This document shows positions 61,913 through 64,000 of a DNA stretch of 64,000 nt, one piece after another. The notes under the pieces were generated by a model. It was not told the DNA's origin and did not search any database. It saw nothing but the letters and a program-made list of their open reading frames with translations. The position numbers and the translations under genes were made by a program. Origin of the DNA: Chrysomallon squamiferum (Eukaryota; Animalia; Mollusca); assembly GCA_012295275.1 (NCBI GenBank), contig CM022665.1, positions 37,634,001-37,698,000 on the forward strand. Direction: 5' to 3'. The stretch's first letter is position 1. Each line of letters begins with the position of its first letter.

Positions 61913-63471
61913 TTACTGACCTTTAAGTGTAACAGTTTTATTTCAGATTTTGATTTTGAATATCAAAAATTTATTGCTCAAACTAAGAACAGGTTTGTTT
62001 ATCTTCAAGTTCCATTCATACACTTATCAAGGGATTAATTTCTTTATTTTGCATTGTAAGCCATATATGGTGTTACATTTTTCACAAAGCATAGGGTAAA
62101 AGGGCCATTGCCGTATTAATAGTTATTGTGTCTTTAATACTGGTGCTGTTGGCATCTTATGGTACTTATTCTTGCAATTTAAAATTAATTTAGTAGTTTC
62201 AAGTTTTTTGCTTTTCTACAAAACATTTTTAAAACTGTGGTTGGAATTTTTAGTTATTTTTCACCATGGAAGATGGGATGCAAATACTTGGCCTTGTTTA
62301 TGGCGCAGAATAGTCTGGCCATGGTTGAGGGGCTGTTTGCATTGGCTTTATATATATATGTATGTAACGTATTTGTATGGGTGTGTGTGTGTTACCATTA
62401 TTATTATTATTATTATATTTGAGAGGGAATAACATTCGAACCCTTACTCATACCCCTACATAATTTTATCCAATCTCACCACGGCATGTCAAACAAACAG
62501 AACTAAATAAAAAGGCATCCACGTGTGGTAAATGATAAATGTAAAAAGTATAAATAAATAAAACTGTATAATACACTGTTCTTGAAATAGCAAATCTAAT
62601 AATCTAATATTAAAATAAATAACTGATCTTATATGCTCCCAAATGGAAAAAAGAAGTTAATAAATTAATAGATGTTCTTGAATTAATGAAATGTTTAATA
62701 ACACCTCATTACATTTTAATGCTAATGTTACTTCATATATTTCAGTCATACATTTTCAACATGAGAATAAAAATGGTATGGATTATTCAAGCTAATTATT
62801 AGCATCTACGGGTATTTTGTATTCACCTTCCTACGGAAATGAAAGTGGTTATGATTACTTTCGTTAAAACTATTTCAAAGGACGCTAACTTAAATTGAAA
62901 ACACTTCATTGATTTCTTCTCTTTTTTTTTTCTCTTTTTTTTCCGTTTTGTTTGCTTCTTTTTCGGGGGGGGTTGTATTGGGTTTTCTTGTTTTGGGGGT
63001 GTGTGAGGGGTTACGGGCTGGCGTTTCAATCGAAACCAATGCTACTTTCAAATTATTAACTATCGAAATAGTAAAAAATAAAAATGAAAATGTGCAGGTG
63101 AGAAAACAATACAGGATAACACGTTATAATGCTGACAAAAACTGTCAGTCTCCTCTGGTTGTTACTAATGTAACCTATATAAACTGAGTGAAAAAACCCC
63201 AACAAAAACAACGTTGTTTGTCTTGCACTATGACACGGATGAAAAATTGCCGCGAATTGACGTGACTAGCAGTCGCGCTGACAGTAAATATCAGTGTGTC
63301 GTATTTTCCGATTGGTCGGTTTTTACTGCTCTGTTTGTTTCTCTAAAACTATATATATTCAAGTATTTCCCTGTGACGGAAAAAAGAATTCTCGGTTTCA
63401 TTAGATGTGAAAACAGTTTGTCGTAATAAATAGAGTGAGAACGTTAATTGCGGATTGCGCGCTTAACGAAG

Positions 63472-63519
63472 ATGAAAGAGCTGCAGTTGAAAATAGCTGT
63501 CTCCATTTTTAATGTTCTG
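63472..63519 (+). CDS. Probable first coding exon of a gene continuing beyond the window
   Basis: AAGATG start, MKELQLKIAVSIFNVL, then CTG|GTAAGA donor. Preceded by a CpG-rich patch (63230-63470) with GATTGG and TGACGT motifs. Confidence 0.5.
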
Positions 63520-63574
63520 GTAAGATTTTTTTTTTTTTATTTTCTATTTTTTATTTATTTATTTATTTATTTAT

Positions 63575-63630
<56 letters not shown>

Positions 63631-63872
63631 ATTTAAAAGAGAAAATTTATTAATCTATGTGTTTATTTATTTATTTGAAATTTTAATTTTATTAAAACTA
63701 TAAATTACTTGATACTGGATAATATAAAAATGTGTTGTAGAATTAACAGATAAACGTCAGTATATCTATTTAATTTGACATAGCATTATCTTCTTTAAAA
63801 ATTTTGATTATTTGTTGTTTCCGTCGTTTTATCATTATTACAATAAATGACACGTACATAACAGTATAAAGC

Positions 63873-63876
<4 letters not shown>

Positions 63877-63924
<48 letters not shown>
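63877..63924. repeat. (CA)n microsatellite
   Basis: Directly visible. Confidence 0.95.
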
Positions 63925-63925
<1 letters not shown>

Positions 63926-64000
63926 TCCGTCTTTAACCAAGGAAATGAAGAATATTTTAAAAATAACATTATTGTTTACATCAAAATTAACTCTTTACTT

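Overview
AT-rich, intron-rich animal genomic DNA (invertebrate, probably mollusc/lophotrochozoan; inferred from composition and gene style, not established). The ORF track is mostly noise, so genes were rebuilt by hand from splice sites. Six genes form three head-to-head pairs: EFCAB11(-)/FBXO11(+), a PhyH-family Fe(II)/2OG dioxygenase(-)/MpaB-Lcp-like (DUF2236) oxygenase(+), and a divergent F-BAR-like coiled-coil gene(-)/ABHD12(+). A probable first exon of a seventh gene lies near the right end. The first ~10 kb looks like a composite hAT element: the TIR at 448 pairs by TSD with the TIR at 10226, and the interval holds a small spliced orphan gene candidate and duplicated segments. There is also a pogo-like transposase fossil and MITEs resembling mammalian Tigger4/Zombi. 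The best candidate for a new system is the pair of unrelated oxygenases with apparently overlapping antisense 5' exons; both families include isoprenoid-processing enzymes. All family calls are from recalled motifs; no searches were run.
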